Of a DNA stretch of 64,000 bases, positions 59,424-64,000 are shown piece by piece. The position numbers were made by a program, and so were the translations under genes. The first letter of the stretch is position 1. Every line of letters starts with the position of its first letter. The notes under the pieces are model-generated. The model saw nothing but the letters and a program-made list of their open reading frames with translations, did not search any database and was not told the DNA's origin. This stretch comes from Patescibacteria group bacterium (GTDB taxonomy: Bacteria; Patescibacteriota; Patescibacteriia; UBA1558; GWA2-36-10). The stretch lies in the NCBI GenBank assembly GCA_041665505.1, contig JBAYIR010000001.1, positions 83,108 to 147,107 on the forward strand, read 5' to 3'.

Positions 59424-59466
59424 TGGTGCCGCGCGCAGAAGTCATCGGACTTCTGCGCGCGGGCCA
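59424..59466 (+). terminator. GC-rich hairpin closing cassette 8
   Basis: gccgcgcgcagaagtc-atcg-gacttctgcgcgcggg, T tract a few nt downstream. Confidence 0.8.
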
Positions 59467-59620
59467 CAATTACTTTTTTTTTCAGCTATTTTAGCTGTTT
59501 TTTTGTTTGTTGGACCTATATCTTGACAATTTCTCTGAAATAGAGTATATTCTGCTTTGTTTTAATATAAACAATATTTTATATATAAAAGCGATTAATT
59601 ATTTAAAAAGGTGAAAATTT

Positions 59621-60928
59621 ATGTTTAAAATGAACTTAAACAAGTACTTAATTCTTTCTTTAGTCATTCTAACGGGCTTTGGCTCATTAGTAGCTAATGC
59701 CAAGGAAGATTTAATTATTTCTGGTGATACAATAGCCGAAGTATTGACTGATGAACCTACTTTAGCAATTTGTGACCATAATGGTGATGGTTTTAGGAAT
59801 TTAAGTGATGTGAGTCTATTTGCCGAAGTTAAGGATTCCTTCTCTCTTTCTGAAATTGCTGAATATGCTGAACACAATCAAGATAACGATTGGTGTGAAG
59901 CACATTTTTGGCCTTCTGAAAGAGTAGAGGAAACTACAGCTACTTTGGCTATCTGTGACCACAATGGAGACCATGTCAGAAATTTAAGCGATGTAGCTAT
60001 GTTTGCTGAATGTGCTGAGACATTTGATGTCGATGGTAATGGTATCCATGATTTGTCTGATATATCTTTGTATACTTCAAACAACCAAGACGACACTTGG
60101 TGTGCTAGTGATTTTGATTGTGAGGCTATTCCCAATGCTGAGCCAGCTTATGTTACTGAAAATCTAGATGTAGTTTCTAGCACTTTAGCTATTTGTGACC
60201 ACAATGGTGATGGTTTAAGAAATCTAAGTGATGTCAGTGAATTTGCTTCTTGTGTTGATACTTTTGATGCCAATGGTGATAATAGACACGATCTATTAGA
60301 TACTAGTGCTTATGCTTCAAATAACCAAGATAACATTTGGTGTAGAGATAGCTTTGTTTGTGATGTGGCTACTAGTACAGAAGCTCTTTATAGTACTGAA
60401 GTGGTAGAAGAACCAGTTACTCCTTTAGCTATTTGTGACCACAATGGTGATGGTTTAAGAAATCTAAGTGATGTCAGTGAATTTGCTTCTTGTGTTGATA
60501 CTTTTGATGCCAATGGAGATGGTGTGCATAACTTAGAAGATGTAAGTGAATATGCTACAAATAAGTTTAGAACTGATACTTGGTGTACTACAACTTTTGA
60601 ATGTGTAGCTACTCCTAAATCTGTTTTAGCTGGTGGATCAACTTTTTTCAACCAACCAATATCTGAAATTGAAGGCGAAGTTTTAGGTGAAAAAATTGAA
60701 GCAGAAGAAGATGTTTTAGAAACAGAAGTTTGTACTTATAATACTCCAGATGCTGATATATTAGGAAAAACTGATTGGTCTGACGGTAGTTTGATTAGAG
60801 GTTGCGGACCAGAAATTTATGTTATTGAGAATCAACAAAAGCGTCATATCAGATCTTTAGAAGAATTATTCAATTATATTGGTCAAAGAATTAATAATGT
60901 TACTAACGATATATTGAGTTTATTCTAA
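59621..60928 (+). CDS. Secreted acidic protein with four Cys-bracketed dockerin/EF-hand-like repeats
   Basis: Signal peptide; 4x AICDHNGDxxRNLSDV; FD(V/A)(D/N)GxxxHxLxD; WC motifs. Confidence 0.85.
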   Translation: MFKMNLNKYLILSLVILTGFGSLVANAKEDLIISGDTIAEVLTDEPTLAICDHNGDGFRNLSDVSLFAEVKDSFSLSEIAEYAEHNQDNDWCEAHFWPSERVEETTATLAICDHNGDHVRNLSDVAMFAECAETFDVDGNGIHDLSDISLYTSNNQDDTWCASDFDCEAIPNAEPAYVTENLDVVSSTLAICDHNGDGLRNLSDVSEFASCVDTFDANGDNRHDLLDTSAYASNNQDNIWCRDSFVCDVATSTEALYSTEVVEEPVTPLAICDHNGDGLRNLSDVSEFASCVDTFDANGDGVHNLEDVSEYATNKFRTDTWCTTTFECVATPKSVLAGGSTFFNQPISEIEGEVLGEKIEAEEDVLETEVCTYNTPDADILGKTDWSDGSLIRGCGPEIYVIENQQKRHIRSLEELFNYIGQRINNVTNDILSLF

Positions 60929-61091
60929 AAGATAATAAATTTATATTTTTTTAAAAACTACCTTGGATTCAGGGTAGTTTTTTTGTAGCTTTTTGTGTTA
61001 TAATAAAGTCAATAAAATTATTTTATTTATTTACTATTGACAAAATCATAGGTATATGATTTAATTGATTATTAATATTTGTCTATAAAAT

Positions 61092-62918
61092 ATGTCAAAA
61101 GACAAGCAGGACAAAAAATTCTTAGACTCTGATGCTGATGGTTTATTGGATTATGAGGAAAAGGCTTTAGGTACAGATCCTTATAGTGTTGATACTGATA
61201 AAGATGGTCTAGGTGATTATCAAGAAGTAAAGGTCTATAAGACAGATCCTCTTAGACCTGATACTGATTGTGATGGCATGAATGATGGTAATGAAGTAAA
61301 ATCTGGTAGCAACCCCAGAGGTAGTGGTAGTTTAAGGAATCTTTTTATACCTAATCAGTGTAATGATTTTAAACCTCGTGCTCTACATCCAAAAAGAATA
61401 GCATTTTATGCTGCTTCGGCTGTAGTTATAAAAGTAACTATAGTAGTTTTTGCTTTGTCATTTCCAGTCCAAGCTTGGTTATCTCCAGATATTTTAGCTC
61501 AGCAAGCTAAAAAAATTGTGACTTTAACTAATAATATTAGAAATGAATTAGGCATTAACCAACTTAAAGAAAATCAAGTTTTAAATCAAGCGGCTTTAAA
61601 TAAAGCTCAAGATATGTTGCTTAATCAATATTTTGCCCATGTTAGTCCTGATGATAGGGCTTTAAGACATTGGTTGTATGACTTAAGCTATAATTTTAGA
61701 TTTGCTGGAGAAAATTTGGCTATTGGTTTTTCTGATGCCAATGATGTAGTAGCTGCTTGGAAAGAATCGCCAACCCACTATAGTAATATTATTGATCCAG
61801 ATTTTACAGAAATAGGTGTCGGTGTAGTCAGTGGTGATTACAATGGCTATGAAACTACTTTAATAGCCCAGTATTTTGGCGATCCTTATGCCAAAGTAGT
61901 CCCAGTGGTGATTGAAGAAACTATTCCAGAAATTCAAGAAAATTTAGCCAAAGCCCAAGATTATAATACAAAAGTAGAACAAGCTATTATAGAATCAGAG
62001 CCAGAACCAGAGGAAATACCAGAGGAAATAGTAGCCACAGAAAATAAGCCAGAGGAAATAGTAGAGGAACTACCAATACCCGAAGTGTCAAATGATTTAA
62101 TATTACCTGAGCAGGAAGCAATTGTTTTACAAACGCCAGTGTTGATTAGCCCAGAAAATAATTATATTTCAAAGGAAAATATAAACACTTTTACTTTTTT
62201 GGCCAAAGGAGCACAAAGAATAACTACTTATGTTGACGGAGACCTAGAGGTCAGCAAAGTAATTGATAATGAAAAATTTGATGTAACAATTAAACTTACT
62301 GAAGGTCAACATAGTTTACAGCTAATAGCTTATCAAGGAGACGAAAGTCTTAGTTCATCTTATTATACCGTGACTGTGGACAACACGGCACCAATTTTAG
62401 ATCAAAACGAAACTAATATTTTGGTCAATCAACCTAGTGGCAGTAAAGATTTAGTTTTAAAAGCTACTGCTTATCTAAGTGACGACACGGTGGATGCTTT
62501 TGTTAATTTCGCTGATAATAAAATAGTTTTGGCTAAAGATTATAGCCAAGCAGGCAGATGGACAGGCCATCAAATTATATCAGGAGTGGACTATGATACT
62601 TTATTTAATCCCGTAGTTTTAGCTACTTTGACTGCTCGTGATAGTGCCGAAAATGTCTTAGTTCAGGATATCAGTTGGCAAGATATCAAGCCAGTGGCTG
62701 GTTCTACTATTAGCCAATATTCTTTCTTAAAACAGAGCAATTCAGAGCTAATAAGGCCTTTGTTTAAAATAGGTAATATTTACTACCAAATAATGTTGAT
62801 AATAGCTTTTATTGCCTTACTTTTGAATATTTTTATCCAAATCAAAAAACAACATCTTAGTACTATAGCCTCTACTTTAGGCTTAATAGCCTTACTGAGT
62901 TTCTTGACTATTTTTTAA
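61092..62918 (+). CDS. Membrane protein with TSP3-like repeats, a CAP/SCP domain and an Ig-like domain
   Basis: DSDADGLLDYEE, DTDKDGLGD; FAHVSP, AGENLA, WKESPTHYSNI; C-terminal TMs. Confidence 0.88.
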   Translation: MSKDKQDKKFLDSDADGLLDYEEKALGTDPYSVDTDKDGLGDYQEVKVYKTDPLRPDTDCDGMNDGNEVKSGSNPRGSGSLRNLFIPNQCNDFKPRALHPKRIAFYAASAVVIKVTIVVFALSFPVQAWLSPDILAQQAKKIVTLTNNIRNELGINQLKENQVLNQAALNKAQDMLLNQYFAHVSPDDRALRHWLYDLSYNFRFAGENLAIGFSDANDVVAAWKESPTHYSNIIDPDFTEIGVGVVSGDYNGYETTLIAQYFGDPYAKVVPVVIEETIPEIQENLAKAQDYNTKVEQAIIESEPEPEEIPEEIVATENKPEEIVEELPIPEVSNDLILPEQEAIVLQTPVLISPENNYISKENINTFTFLAKGAQRITTYVDGDLEVSKVIDNEKFDVTIKLTEGQHSLQLIAYQGDESLSSSYYTVTVDNTAPILDQNETNILVNQPSGSKDLVLKATAYLSDDTVDAFVNFADNKIVLAKDYSQAGRWTGHQIISGVDYDTLFNPVVLATLTARDSAENVLVQDISWQDIKPVAGSTISQYSFLKQSNSELIRPLFKIGNIYYQIMLIIAFIALLLNIFIQIKKQHLSTIASTLGLIALLSFLTIF

Positions 62919-63081
62919 ATAAATAGTAAGTTTGAATTGCAGAATTAATATAGTATTTTTTTGTTGACAAACTATCAGACATCTTGTTATAATTATTAGT
63001 TATATAATAATTTATTATTTAAATATAAGATTGTAATTTTTATTACAGCTAAAAAATTAATTAACTAATTTAAGATAAAAT

Positions 63082-64000
63082 ATGAAAAAAGTTTTTAAAA
63101 CTGGTTTTTTCTACTTTGTCGCACTAACTATGTTAGTTGGGAATTCTGGCTTGCAAATCAAGCTAGCTTCTTTTAGTAATATAGCGCATGCCACATCTAG
63201 TGGAAAAGTAACAGTATGCCATGCAACTGGCAGTCAGTCTAATCCTTGGGAAAGGATAAATGTCGATGCTAGTGCTGTTGGTGCTCATACAGATCATGGT
63301 TCAGATATTATTTCTCCTGATGAGGATAATACATATCAATGTCCACAACCTCAGCCAGAACCAGAGCCAAGTTGTGACGGTGCTGATTTAGAATTTCCAG
63401 TAGATTTATATGTGGCAGGTGCTAATTGTGATATTTCTTTGCCTATTTATGACTCACAAGTAGTCAATTTAGTTAATGGAGGTAATTATGATGTTTATAC
63501 TGTAGCCAATCGCGATGCTTTAAATGAAGATACTACTTATGGCCAAGATAATGAAGAATTTACTATTAGAGTAAATAGTAGTATAGCTGGTGATGTTGTT
63601 TTGGATCAACCAGCTGGTCAAGTCTGGAGTATTCAAAATGCTGGTAATTTTGATTTTGTGAGCGGTGATAATACTGTTCATATGGATACAGCTTTTGATT
63701 GTATAGAAGCTGATAACTCGATGGCTAGAAATAGTGTGACAGTTACTAAACTTTGTCTATATGAAATTGATGAACAAGAGCCATTTTGTGGTGATTATAA
63801 TATAGATCCAGGCGAAGATTGTGACGCCGGCCCAACTGGTTCAGAGTCATGCACAAATGATTGTACTAATATTGAAGACCAAGAAAATTCAATTGCTACT
63901 GTAATTGCTCATAAGATTGTCTGTGATAAAGAAAGTGATTTACCAAATTGGTCTGGCAGTACAAATATTACTGCTGACACAGCTCAAAATTATGTAGATA
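63082..64000 (+). CDS. Large secreted surface protein, 3'-partial
   Basis: ATG at 63082; signal peptide; KVTVCHATGSQSNPW domain; CGDYNIDPGEDCD Cys-rich repeat; runs off the window end. Confidence 0.75.
   Translation, partial: MKKVFKTGFFYFVALTMLVGNSGLQIKLASFSNIAHATSSGKVTVCHATGSQSNPWERINVDASAVGAHTDHGSDIISPDEDNTYQCPQPQPEPEPSCDGADLEFPVDLYVAGANCDISLPIYDSQVVNLVNGGNYDVYTVANRDALNEDTTYGQDNEEFTIRVNSSIAGDVVLDQPAGQVWSIQNAGNFDFVSGDNTVHMDTAFDCIEADNSMARNSVTVTKLCLYEIDEQEPFCGDYNIDPGEDCDAGPTGSESCTNDCTNIEDQENSIATVIAHKIVCDKESDLPNWSGSTNITADTAQNYVD

Noticed and set aside
59760-60600. CRISPR-like or DGR-like repeats
   Set aside because: Repeats are in-frame protein repeats; no spacers, cas genes, reverse transcriptase or adenine-specific mismatch pattern

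Overview
Low-GC bacterial chromosome segment whose gene content and organisation resemble Patescibacteria (CPR, Parcubacteria-like). That lineage call is inferred from gene families, not from a marker gene. The backbone carries lower glycolysis (pgk, eno, two gpmI, tpiA, fba), cell-wall and division genes (uppP, mltG, mraZ-rsmH-ftsL-ftsI-murF, a D,D-carboxypeptidase), rplJ-rplL with an L10 leader, rplU, dnaB-ybaB-recR, four aminoacyl-tRNA synthetases, scpAB-rluB, P-type/ABC/RND transporters, a NuoF-like plus [FeFe]-hydrogenase pair, six tRNAs and several Asp/Cys-rich surface proteins. The main unexplained signal is a dispersed set of eight GC-rich, single-gene orphan expression units plus one GC-rich structured ncRNA candidate. 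Each has an AT-rich sigma70 promoter, a GC-enriched transcribed region, a Shine-Dalgarno (mostly absent from backbone genes), a TAG/TGA stop and a strong hairpin, with no mobility gene nearby. Three further layers of small DNA elements are present: a covarying structured repeat fused to the CCA of three tRNAs, duplicated tRNA 5' fragments interrupted by 30-nt inserts at an identical site, and a 20-21 nt palindrome inserted at TA|TA, including in-frame inside rsmH.
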